The position numbers were made by a program, and so were the translations under genes. Of a stretch of 64,000 bases of DNA, positions 29,667-38,005 are shown in pieces (position 1 is the first letter of the stretch; each line of letters opens with the position of its first letter). Under the pieces are notes generated by a model that worked only from the letters and a program-made list of their open reading frames with translations, was not told where the DNA came from and ran no database searches. The stretch comes from Omnitrophica WOR_2 bacterium GWF2_43_52. GTDB lineage: Bacteria; Omnitrophota; Gorgyraeia; Gygaellales; UBA12090. The DNA lies in contig MHGF01000034.1 of NCBI GenBank assembly GCA_001805445.1, positions 166,451 through 230,450 of the forward strand, read 5' to 3'.

Positions 29667-30610
29667 AGGGGTCAGGTCTTGAATATTGACAATTACCTTC
29701 TGATTTGATAAAATAAATTTTAATGGCCAGACCATTAAGAATAGAATATAGCGGTGCTATCTATCATGTAACGAGCCGGGGAAACGCCGGGAATCCTATT
29801 TTCTTAGATGAAGAAGATAGGATTATTTTTTTAAGGATACTTGCGCATACTGTAAAGCGTTATAATTGGCTCTGCCATGCTTACTGTATGATGAATAATC
29901 ACTATCATTTGATTATCGAGACACCCGACGGCAATCTAGCCAGAGGAATGAGACAGCTCAATGGGGTGTATACGCAGATATTAAATGTTCGCTATAAGCG
30001 GCATGGGCACCTGTTTCAGGGCAGATATAAAGCTATACTGATACAAAAGGAAAACTATCTTCTTGAAGTATGCCGGTATGTGGTATTAAACCCGGCAAGA
30101 GCAAAAATGACCAGAAAGCCCGAGGAGTGGAAATGGAGTAGTTACTCTGCGACTGCAGGCTTACGCAAGGCCCAGGCATTCCTTGTTACGGATTGGATCT
30201 TAGGCCAGTTTAATGAGAATAGATTTTTAGCACAACAATGTTATCGTAAATTTGTGCAGGATGGAATCGAAAAGAATTCGATCTGGAGAGAACTTCGAAG
30301 CCAAAGCATATTAGGGGAGAATGTGTTTATTAAAAAGATAGTAAGCTATATAAATAAAAATAATACACTTACGGAAATACCTCGAGTTCAGCGATACATA
30401 GGAAGACCAAGTCTCGAGGAACAGTTTAAAAATGTTACGGCTCTTGATAAGAAGTGCCGAGAACAAAAAATAACTGAAGCGGTAGAGAAATACGGTTATA
30501 GCCAGAAAGAGGTTGCTGATTTTATAGGATTACATTATTCAATGGTGAGTAAATTGATGCGCTTTTCTGAAGATCAAAAGTGAGAAATCAAGATTCAAGA
30601 CCTGACCCCT
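29667..30610. mobile_element. RAYT-type element bounded by 23-bp inverted repeats
   Basis: AGGGGTCAGGTCTTGAATATTGA (29667-29689) and TCAAGATTCAAGACCTGACCCCT (30588-30610), 22/23 match. Confidence 0.8.
29723..30583 (+). CDS. REP-associated tyrosine transposase (Y1 HUH) with C-terminal HTH
   Basis: MARPLRIE, YHVTSRGN, MNNHYHL (HUH), GHLFQGRY, YVVLNP, WKWSSY. Confidence 0.92.
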   Translation: MARPLRIEYSGAIYHVTSRGNAGNPIFLDEEDRIIFLRILAHTVKRYNWLCHAYCMMNNHYHLIIETPDGNLARGMRQLNGVYTQILNVRYKRHGHLFQGRYKAILIQKENYLLEVCRYVVLNPARAKMTRKPEEWKWSSYSATAGLRKAQAFLVTDWILGQFNENRFLAQQCYRKFVQDGIEKNSIWRELRSQSILGENVFIKKIVSYINKNNTLTEIPRVQRYIGRPSLEEQFKNVTALDKKCREQKITEAVEKYGYSQKEVADFIGLHYSMVSKLMRFSEDQK

Positions 30611-30633
30611 ATGCATATGCTACAAGAATTAGC

Positions 30634-30673
30634 TTGCAATACTTGTATAACAATGTTATACTTACTATTGTAA
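30634..30673 (+). promoter_or_regulatory. TA promoter with palindromic operator
   Basis: TTGCAA...TATACT with inverted repeat GTATAACA-A-TGTTATAC over the spacer/-10. Confidence 0.65.
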
Positions 30674-30688
30674 GAGGAGGATGAGACT

Positions 30689-30907
30689 ATGACGTTATTA
30701 AAAGCATTTCGTTTACCGGTCGAATTAGTTAATAGGTTAGCCTTATTGGCAAAAGCTACGCATCGCAGCGAAACTTTTTATGTTACCAATGCCTTAGCCC
30801 ACTATTTGGAAGACTACGCTGATGCGCAAATTGCCAAAGACCGTTTCAACGATCCCAAATCTAAGATTATCTCAGGCGCGCAACTAAGAAAACAACTCGG
30901 TGTATAA
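30689..30907 (+). CDS. RHH antitoxin (RelB/StbD-like)
   Basis: AFRLPVELVNRL..LAKATHRSETFYV..AL.HYLEDYAD; SD GAGGAGG. Confidence 0.85.
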   Translation: MTLLKAFRLPVELVNRLALLAKATHRSETFYVTNALAHYLEDYADAQIAKDRFNDPKSKIISGAQLRKQLGV

Positions 30908-31157
30908 AGTTGCCTATCTTGATTCTGTTGAGGAAGACCTTAAGAAGTTAGATAAGTCTACGGTTAAGAAAATTCTTACCCGTATTGAAACTTATCTCGC
31001 CCACGACCCCAAAGGATTAGGGAAGCCATTAAAAGGCGATTTTCAAGGATATTGGAGATACCGTTGGGGCGACTATCGCGTTATCTATAAAATATCTGAA
31101 CGAGAGATTCTGATTCTTGTTTTGCGTATGAGCAACAGAAAAGATGTATATAGTTAG
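30900..31157 (+). CDS. RelE/StbE-family toxin
   Basis: GKPLKG...WRYRWGDYRVIY...RKDVY. Confidence 0.92.
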   Translation: MYKVAYLDSVEEDLKKLDKSTVKKILTRIETYLAHDPKGLGKPLKGDFQGYWRYRWGDYRVIYKISEREILILVLRMSNRKDVYS

Positions 31158-31324
31158 CTTTTGCTCTGGCCAAAGAAGCGCGCAGTCGGACGGCAATCTG
31201 GGCAATTTTTATTTATCATAAGTGTGGACGAAAACATAGGTGTTTCTTCTATCATGATGTTGAAGGGAATCGGTTGTGTTGTTGGCGCAGCCATATGTGC
31301 GCTGAAGTATCCCAGTAGAGCAAC

Positions 31325-31444
31325 TACTGCACCGTTAAATTAATTTTTATAGGTTAAAGGTGCAGTAAGAGGGGTGTGCCTGCCGGCAGGGAAGTGCGGA
31401 GTTAACCTCGCTATACCCACAAGAATTAAGTTAACGGAGCACTA
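31325..31444. repeat. REP-like palindromes (TACTGCACCGTTAA / TTAACGGAGCACTA family)
   Basis: Hairpin 31325-31367; GAATTAAGTTAACGGAGCACTA at 31423-31444 recurs exactly at 57983-58004. Confidence 0.7.
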
Positions 31445-31445
31445 C

Positions 31446-31856
31446 ATGAGTATGCAAAAAATAAACGCGCGACAATCTATGGTAAAAAAGCTGGGTGTAG
31501 TTTTTATCGTTCTCATGGTAAGCGGCTGCGCTGCTCATTTTAATTTCGCGGGTTTAAAGATGGTGAAGGCATGGACGAATAACCAAAAGGCGTCCGAGGC
31601 TTACCTTGCTAAGCAGAGAACAGGTTTTCTTCTCTTAGCGCAGGATATCCGCGGCAATGCGTTAGAGAAGGGTATTCCTAAGCGAGAACTCATCTTACAC
31701 TATGGCGAGCCGGTATTCTGCCAGGGCATAGGGGGCAAACAAGAAAAATGTTTATACCGGGATCCGACGAAGTTTTCCCGCACCGATAAAGCCTATCTCT
31801 TTTTTAATGAGGACGCGGTACTTCTTTCCTGGGAGTTAATACCTTATGAGGAATAA
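31446..31856 (+). CDS. Lipoprotein, hypothetical
   Basis: Lipobox VSGC after a hydrophobic stretch. Confidence 0.7.
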   Translation: MSMQKINARQSMVKKLGVVFIVLMVSGCAAHFNFAGLKMVKAWTNNQKASEAYLAKQRTGFLLLAQDIRGNALEKGIPKRELILHYGEPVFCQGIGGKQEKCLYRDPTKFSRTDKAYLFFNEDAVLLSWELIPYEE

Positions 31857-31928
31857 GGGCAGGAAGAGAAAAAAATGAAACAACCCCCCCTGTTTCCCCT
31901 AAAACAAAATGTTATCCGCCGCTGGATA

Positions 31929-31957
31929 TTGCAATCTGAAAAATTTTAAGGTATACT
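31929..31957 (+). promoter_or_regulatory. Sigma70-type promoter
   Basis: TTGCAA-17 bp-TATACT upstream of the riboswitch. Confidence 0.65.
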
Positions 31958-31999
31958 TTCTCTTAGAGAGATATATTTCTTTGAAAAATACCAAACTAT

Positions 32000-32130
32000 T
32001 CTCTTGAAAAGGCAAACTGGCAGTAATGCCGGGGCTCCGCTCTAAACGTGAGCGGGCTCGCCAAGAAATATGGCGAGGCAAAGCGACAGATCCGAATGTT
32101 TATGTTCGGATGGCTGCGTTGCCAAAAGGA
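32000..32130 (+). promoter_or_regulatory. c-di-GMP-I (GEMM-I) riboswitch variant with 42-nt insertion
   Basis: GGCAAA-CTGGCA-GTAA-TGCCGG-GGC-[insert]-GCAAAGC...GATCCGAA/TTCGGATGGCTGCGTTGCC. Confidence 0.7.
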
Positions 32131-32184
32131 TAAAGCGTATACCCTCCCTCGATACGTTTTTTAGTATTGAATAAGGTGTATACG

Positions 32185-32222
32185 AAGCCCAAAGGATTTG
32201 CCGTTGGGCTTTTTTATTTTTT
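32185..32222 (+). terminator. Riboswitch-associated intrinsic terminator
   Basis: AAGCCCAA...TTGGGCTT plus T-tract. Confidence 0.75.
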
Positions 32223-32225
32223 GGT

Positions 32226-32436
32226 GCCTCCGGTAGTTACAATCCCAGATTTTGTATTAGGTTTTGAGGAAAATGGCCTAAATCTTTGTCAGGACAAGGC
32301 TTGCGAGCAAAAGTACCACAGCCGTACTCGGTGCAGTACGGCGAGGACATTTTTGCGAACAAAACGCAGTCATGGCAAAGAGTTAGAGACATTTTACCAA
32401 AATCCTAATGCAAATTCTGGGATAATAGCCGGGGGC
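32226..32436. repeat. Long palindromic REPIN/MITE-like element (copy 1)
   Basis: AATCCCAGATTTTGTATTAGG...CCTAATGCAAATTCTGGGATAA ends; internal CGTACT..AGTACG hairpin; inverted relative at 47701-47891. Confidence 0.7.
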
Positions 32437-32492
32437 TTTTTACTTTTTGGGCCCGATACGAAATATCTATCGCTGTAGAGGCGCAGCTTACC

Positions 32493-32948
32493 ATGGGTAA
32501 AAACACACTCTTGTGTCTTTTGAGTATCGCCATCTTTACTCTTCTTGCGGCATCTCATGTTTCTGCCCTTGAGATAAACTTAGATGCCATAAAAAGTATT
32601 GAATCCTCCAATAATCCGTTAGCCTATAACGCGAAAACACGCTGTTACGGGTTTTATCAGATTTCAAGAATCTGTCTTCAGGATTATAATGATTTCCATG
32701 GCACTGCTTATCGGGCGAAAGATTTATTTTGTCCGACACTCAACAAGAAAATAGCCGTATGGTACTTTAAAAGAATCGAACAGATGCTGAGATGGTATAC
32801 AATTCCCATTACTATGGTTACGGTACTTGCATCTTATAACTGGGGCATTGGCAATGTGGCGCGCTGGCATGCAGGAGGCGGAGCATTTAAAAACCTGCCC
32901 AAAATGACACAGGCATATATCAGAAAATACAAAATTATCACCGCATAG
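32493..32948 (+). CDS. Secreted lytic transglycosylase (SLT/lysozyme-like)
   Basis: Signal peptide; IESS catalytic Glu, GFYQI, LASYNWGIGNV, TQAYIRK. Confidence 0.85.
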   Translation: MGKNTLLCLLSIAIFTLLAASHVSALEINLDAIKSIESSNNPLAYNAKTRCYGFYQISRICLQDYNDFHGTAYRAKDLFCPTLNKKIAVWYFKRIEQMLRWYTIPITMVTVLASYNWGIGNVARWHAGGGAFKNLPKMTQAYIRKYKIITA

Positions 32949-33205
32949 GGGAAGTGATCCTAAATTTTTAATCTTCCGCAAAATGTATTCACGATCTCTC
33001 ATCACACTTCAGTTGTATGCGGTTAACAGAGAGCAATAATGTTGTTCTCTCAGGCCCAAGGCCAGGCCATTGTTAAGATTATTACAGGGTTTTTTGCGTG
33101 AGAGCTAGAAAGCCTAATCCCTTCAGGATAGGCCTTTTCTTTGCGCTTGACGAAAGTATGGGGATGCTTTACAATACGTATATATTCATATTATGGCGCT
33201 ATACG

Positions 33206-33841
33206 ATGGCAGACGAAAAACAAAGCGGATTAACACAAATACAGGTTGATGCCTTAAGAGAAATCAGCAATATCGGCGCCGGAAGCGCGGTTACTGCTCT
33301 TGCGCAATTTATCAGAAAGCCGGTAGAGCTTGAGCCAACCGCGGAAGTTATTTTTAATAGTACCGCTGATTTTCGCATGCTTTTCGCGGGCATGCCTCTG
33401 GTAAGCGTTGTATCTTCTAAAATTCCCGATAAGATTGCAGGCCATCTCCTTGTAATCTTTGAACAAGAAGATACTGTGTCTTTGGCAAAACTTCTCTTGG
33501 GCGAGCAGGCCTCAAGCGAATTTATTATTACTGATGAGCTTGGTATTTCAGCGATTAAGGAGGTCTCAGGCGTAATGTTTAGCGCTTATTCAGCGGCGAT
33601 GGGAAATATGGCAAGTATGTCGCTGATGATTACTCCTCCATCGTTTGATACCGGCGCTACCACGATGGTGTTTGATGAGCTAAGCGTAAACCAGTCTATC
33701 AAAGAAGAAGAAATTACCATCTGTTTTGAGTCTTCTTTTTCGATTAACGCCGCAATAAGAATACCCGGGTATATGCTTTTTGTGCCTACGCCGGTTTCCT
33801 TGAATGTTCTTCTGAAAAGCTTGGGCGTCAACAATACGTAA
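33206..33841 (+). CDS. cheC: Chemotaxis phosphatase CheC-like protein
   Basis: DALREISNIGAGSAVTALA; SAIKEVSGV...ITPP; promoter TTGACG...TACAAT upstream. Confidence 0.85.
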   Translation: MADEKQSGLTQIQVDALREISNIGAGSAVTALAQFIRKPVELEPTAEVIFNSTADFRMLFAGMPLVSVVSSKIPDKIAGHLLVIFEQEDTVSLAKLLLGEQASSEFIITDELGISAIKEVSGVMFSAYSAAMGNMASMSLMITPPSFDTGATTMVFDELSVNQSIKEEEITICFESSFSINAAIRIPGYMLFVPTPVSLNVLLKSLGVNNT

Positions 33842-33997
33842 AAAACTTTTCTCGCCATACGCAGTGCCTTTTTTGGTATAGTGTCAGGCGTATCGATAGG
33901 ATTCAGTGTCTTGTGGCTACGTGTTAATAATATCAGCTTTCCCGACTTTGTTGCATGCATTATTTGTAATGCTTTGTTTGCCAATGAGTTCTGATAG

Positions 33998-34110
33998 ATT
34001 TTTACGCATTGATTCACTAACACGAATGCAAACGGATTGTAGCGGATGCAGACAGATTGTTTTTATCCGCGGCATTCGTAACCATCCGTCTGAATCGGTA
34101 TATCTAAAAA
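33998..34110. repeat. Degenerate 9-10 bp repeat palindrome (ACGGAT.../ATCCGT...)
   Basis: Run of nnCGGAT units followed by an inverted run of ATCCGn units. Confidence 0.5.
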
Positions 34111-34253
34111 CACAGGTTCATTAAAAACTATGTTTTATCTTTAACTCAAAAGTTGCAACAAACTTAAGAAACTATCTAATAATATCCTTGCTATTAAGGG
34201 CAGTCTCAGTATATAATAAAACGTTAGTTTTTCATTTACAAGAAAAGTAGTAC

Positions 34254-34337
34254 GCGCGGGTGGTGGAATGGCAGACACGTTAGCATGAGGGGCTAATGCC
34301 GTAAGGTGTGGGGGTTCAACTCCCCCCTCGCGCACCA
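34254..34337 (+). tRNA. tRNA-Leu (GAG)
   Basis: Acceptor GCGCGGG/CTCGCGC, anticodon arm TTAGC-ATGAGGG-GCTAA, long variable arm, GGTTCAACTCC, encoded CCA. Confidence 0.95.
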
Positions 34338-34407
34338 AATTGTACGGTTGCCCACCAAAAAAGACTCTGCTCCCGTAAGGAACAGAAAAATTTCGTGGGC
34401 AACGACA

Positions 34408-34446
34408 AAAAAGGGTGGACTCCTTTTGAGGAGTCCACCCTTTTTT
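34408..34446. terminator. Bidirectional intrinsic terminator
   Basis: AAAAAAGGGTGGACTCC...GGAGTCCACCCTTTTT between the convergent tRNA and OST gene. Confidence 0.85.
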
Positions 34447-34548
34447 ACAGTTACCAGAGTGTAATGGCCAGGTTCAATAGTGTAACTTACATGAGGCTAA
34501 CGCGAAGACATCGTTTTAATGAGGCTTTAATGGCAGCGATAGAAAAAA

Positions 34549-37062
34549 CTATTTCTCTCCCCAATCAAGTTCAAACACTTTTACTCCGAATTCGTCATTT
34601 TTCTCTTCTAGAAAAGGCTTAAAGTATTTGAGGCCGCTGCCATTAAGGAAATAGAGGCGGGAAAACATGCTTTGGGCTAATTCCGGGCTGAGGATGATTG
34701 AGAAATACTCGTCTTGTTTCTTAAAAATGAGGACTGAGTAGTTGAAATCACTCTGCGGATACGTGATTTCCTCAAAAGTATTATTATCAAAGAGAAAAAG
34801 GCTCTTGGGCGTAGTGTATTTACCCTGAGAATAGATATGGATAATTTTCTCTTTTGGAGTATAGACAAGGCCGTTGTTAAAGAATACGGTGTTGTTTTGC
34901 TCTTTCGCCTTTTCTAATTCACTGAAAAAAATAGACTTCCTGGAGAGCCAGGCATTAATATCATTTTGGGAAAGTAAGAGAACTTCTCGATACGCGTTGT
35001 TGACGGCTTCAGGAGTGATGCCTTGTTTCGCAAAGTAATCGGAGATTTGCTTCTCTGTCATGGCAGCCGCGTGTTGCGAAAGAAAGACTTTAACAAAATC
35101 CCAATTCCCTAAATACGAAATTGAACTCATTTTTCCTTTCATTGTGGGATCAACAATAAAATAGGCTTTCGGTGGCTTGCGGTAGAGCAAGGAGAATACC
35201 TCTTTACTCAGAGGATCCGGTAAAACGTTTGCCAGCATTTCTTGCGCTTCTTTTGGTTCGGAAAGAATCAGTTTTTCGATAAGGAAAACTGATTGAAAGG
35301 CATCCTTGAGGTGCGCGTTTAAAATCTCAAATACTTTGTTTCCCCCATTATTGAGCATACGCAGAATTCCGATAGCCTCGCGCTCGTTATTGGCGATAAG
35401 GACCCTGGCCATCCAATACGCCTGTGGGTATTGCTGGCTTTGGCCGTCAAAAATGACTTTACGCCTGCAGACGACCTTAAACCAGTCTCCAAAGTCCCAC
35501 CATGAATTAAGCACCGCATCGGGGGGGGTATTTTTCTTGATGTCGGTAAGCACTTGATACCAGGCGTCGTTCATTAAAGGGAAGTTGCCTTGCGCGTATC
35601 GAGAGGTTCTATTAATAATTTCAAAATTTGCCATGCCCCAGACAGCGAGTATGGCGCAGAGGCCTAGTGTGGCCTTTTTATCCCTGAAATGCCGGTATAT
35701 ATCGCTGATGACCCACCCAAGCGCTATTCCTAAAGGAAGAGGCAAAAACATACCAAACCTGCTGCCTTTTGAACAGCCATAAAGAAATGCCATGAGCCAT
35801 ATGAGAAGAAGCATTATGTATTCCCGTTGTTCGCTCCTATAATTCCCATCGCGTATTGTACGTAAGAACAGGTAGAGTAAAGCAATGAGCGAAACAATGA
35901 ATAATGGAATCCCGCAAGAAGCCCTGGCGAGTTCGAAAAAAGTGGCTACCCTTAACTCATCTACGGTATGAAATGTATTTGGCCATATGGATTCTCCTCG
36001 AGGGTTGTTGAGCTGGAACCCCATTTTTAACTCATTGCGCAAGATTTCTAAAGGTTGAGTTCCTGTTATGAAGATAATCCAGAGAACGCATAAAAATAAA
36101 AACAGGATTAAAGTGAAAAGATGTTGTTTTGCCAAAGATAAGGTATTTTCCCGGTCAACGTAGTGTTTAAGGGTTAAATACAGGAATGAAAAAAGTTCAT
36201 AGATAAGGATAATTATTGCAATAAACCACCAGCCTACCCATGTAAAGGATAATAGCCCGACCCAAAAAGAGGCGCAGCATATCCATAGTAAGCGAGATTT
36301 AATGGATACGCTTCCATAGGCCTTGAGGTACGCCCATACCGTCAAAAAGGGGAAGAGTAAATTGAGGATGTCCATATCAAACCATCCCGCAGAGCTATGT
36401 GCTACAAAGGAAGGGGACAGGCCGATGAACATACAGCTTATTATTGCCGCGAGATTACCCCAGCGTTGATAGCAAAAAAGATAGAGTAGGGTTATAAAAA
36501 TCGCGCTAAAGAATAAAGGAAGGTAAAATAAAAACGTAAATAAGGGGATCTGTTTTATTACGATAAAACCTTTATACAAAAACGCGGAAAGATAAAATAA
36601 AAAATGAGAAGAAGCTAATGCATAGCCTGAAGGAGAAAACATCAAGGTGTCAAATTGTTTTCCATCGATGATTATGTCCCCTGGATGGCCTAACCTATAT
36701 ACGTTTTCCACATAACGCGCCCAATGCCAGCAATCTAATTCCATAAGGTACGTTTGCCCGTGTTCATCTTGATAAATATCTTTTAGCCTGTGGTATTCTT
36801 GCCGCAGCTGTTTTTTTATTTCCGGCCCCATCTTCTTTTTGTAATCTGCGAGAAACGCATTGATGAGATTTTGTTTGGCCAGGCCAGAAAGAGAGGGGAA
36901 ACCCTTGTTAATCTGTTGCTGCGCCAGAGTGTAAAGGTTTTGTTCGGTAATGACCTTTGCCTGTTTCCTGAATTGCGGAAAATGTATCGGGAATGACCGG
37001 AAATAGAGATTCATTCCCACCGTAAGGGCTAAGCATAAAAGTAAACGGATGTGTTTTTTCAT
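34549..37062 (-). CDS. STT3-family oligosaccharyltransferase (PglB/AglB-like)
   Basis: Polytopic membrane domain, GWFDMD (DxD), TVDE (TIxE-like), SWWDFG motif. Confidence 0.9.
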   Translation of the reverse strand: MKKHIRLLLCLALTVGMNLYFRSFPIHFPQFRKQAKVITEQNLYTLAQQQINKGFPSLSGLAKQNLINAFLADYKKKMGPEIKKQLRQEYHRLKDIYQDEHGQTYLMELDCWHWARYVENVYRLGHPGDIIIDGKQFDTLMFSPSGYALASSHFLFYLSAFLYKGFIVIKQIPLFTFLFYLPLFFSAIFITLLYLFCYQRWGNLAAIISCMFIGLSPSFVAHSSAGWFDMDILNLLFPFLTVWAYLKAYGSVSIKSRLLWICCASFWVGLLSFTWVGWWFIAIIILIYELFSFLYLTLKHYVDRENTLSLAKQHLFTLILFLFLCVLWIIFITGTQPLEILRNELKMGFQLNNPRGESIWPNTFHTVDELRVATFFELARASCGIPLFIVSLIALLYLFLRTIRDGNYRSEQREYIMLLLIWLMAFLYGCSKGSRFGMFLPLPLGIALGWVISDIYRHFRDKKATLGLCAILAVWGMANFEIINRTSRYAQGNFPLMNDAWYQVLTDIKKNTPPDAVLNSWWDFGDWFKVVCRRKVIFDGQSQQYPQAYWMARVLIANNEREAIGILRMLNNGGNKVFEILNAHLKDAFQSVFLIEKLILSEPKEAQEMLANVLPDPLSKEVFSLLYRKPPKAYFIVDPTMKGKMSSISYLGNWDFVKVFLSQHAAAMTEKQISDYFAKQGITPEAVNNAYREVLLLSQNDINAWLSRKSIFFSELEKAKEQNNTVFFNNGLVYTPKEKIIHIYSQGKYTTPKSLFLFDNNTFEEITYPQSDFNYSVLIFKKQDEYFSIILSPELAQSMFSRLYFLNGSGLKYFKPFLEEKNDEFGVKVFELDWGEK

Positions 37063-37063
37063 A

Positions 37064-37996
37064 TTATTCTTTTCGCTTATCCCTGATGTAATTTGAACGT
37101 TCCAAACTTTTCGCGGCAGATTTGAGCTCGGCGCCTATTTCGTTGATTTGGGCAACATGGCTGATATGGTGGTATTCATTGGTAATGACCCCTATGGAAA
37201 TAGAAAGGAGCGGGATTTTCTGTAGCTGGCCTTTACGGTCATGGGCCATGATGTAGCCGTTTTTGGCATCTTCAGGAGCATAAAAATTAGGAGCACAGGT
37301 GTCGAATTCATCGATTATTTTTTGGCAGATTACATCTGCCGCCGAGGGAGTAGTGATAAATACAAAATCGTCGCCGCCAATGTGGCCGATAAAATCATCG
37401 CTGTTGCCGCAGGCGCTGATGGAGCGGATAATGATGCGCGCCGTTTCCCTGATGGCCTCATCTCCGTGCTCAAAGCCGTATTTGTCGTTATAGGATTTAA
37501 ACTTATCCAGATCCGCGTAGCCGACAGCAAACGGAGATTTTTTATCGATACGGTTCTGGAGCTCGTTGATTATTGAAATATTCCCCGGAAGGCGGGTAAG
37601 GGGATTTGCCTCGAGGTCGCGCTCAGTGCGCCTTAAGATCATGCGGATACGCGCTAGAAGTTCTTTTGGCTCAAATGGTTTTACAATATAATCATCAGCG
37701 CCCGCGTCAATGCCTTCTACTTTGTCCATGAGATCGCCTTTTCCGGTAAGCATAATGACCGGAAGATGGCGTAACAAGATATCTTTTTTAAGCCTGCGGC
37801 AAACCTCTCTTCCGTCAATATAGGGCATTTTATAATCCAAGATTACCAGGTCAGGGGACTTGCTTTGAGCGGCCTTGAGCCCTTCACTTCCGTCACAGGC
37901 CTCGATCACTTCATAGTCTTCTTCCGCAAGGGTTAATTTTAGTATGTCCCGGATATCGTCTTCGTCATCAACAATCAGTATGCGAGGTTTCTTCAT
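37064..37996 (-). CDS. Response regulator receiver + GGDEF diguanylate cyclase
   Basis: ILIVDDE...LDYKMP...GADDYIVKPF; DLDKFKSYND..G...GD, HIGGDDF. Confidence 0.93.
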   Translation of the reverse strand: MKKPRILIVDDEDDIRDILKLTLAEEDYEVIEACDGSEGLKAAQSKSPDLVILDYKMPYIDGREVCRRLKKDILLRHLPVIMLTGKGDLMDKVEGIDAGADDYIVKPFEPKELLARIRMILRRTERDLEANPLTRLPGNISIINELQNRIDKKSPFAVGYADLDKFKSYNDKYGFEHGDEAIRETARIIIRSISACGNSDDFIGHIGGDDFVFITTPSAADVICQKIIDEFDTCAPNFYAPEDAKNGYIMAHDRKGQLQKIPLLSISIGVITNEYHHISHVAQINEIGAELKSAAKSLERSNYIRDKRKE

Positions 37997-38005
37997 AATG
38001 GTTCC

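Noticed and set aside
32167-32478. 103 aa ORF upstream of the transglycosylase
   Set aside because: It overlaps a terminator and a long palindromic repeat, and has a TTG start without SD
33049-33068. SRP RNA domain IV (TCAGGCCCAAGGGCCAGG)
   Set aside because: Lacks the GNRA tetraloop and AGCAG of the SRP consensus; kept only as an unassigned structured-RNA candidate
34141-34622. ORFs 34141-34338 and 34308-34622
   Set aside because: They overlap tRNA-Leu and its terminator
37064-37996. Hypr-GGDEF (cGAMP synthase)
   Set aside because: It retains the canonical Asp in YGFEHGD where Hypr enzymes have Ser/Thr, so c-di-GMP is the expected product
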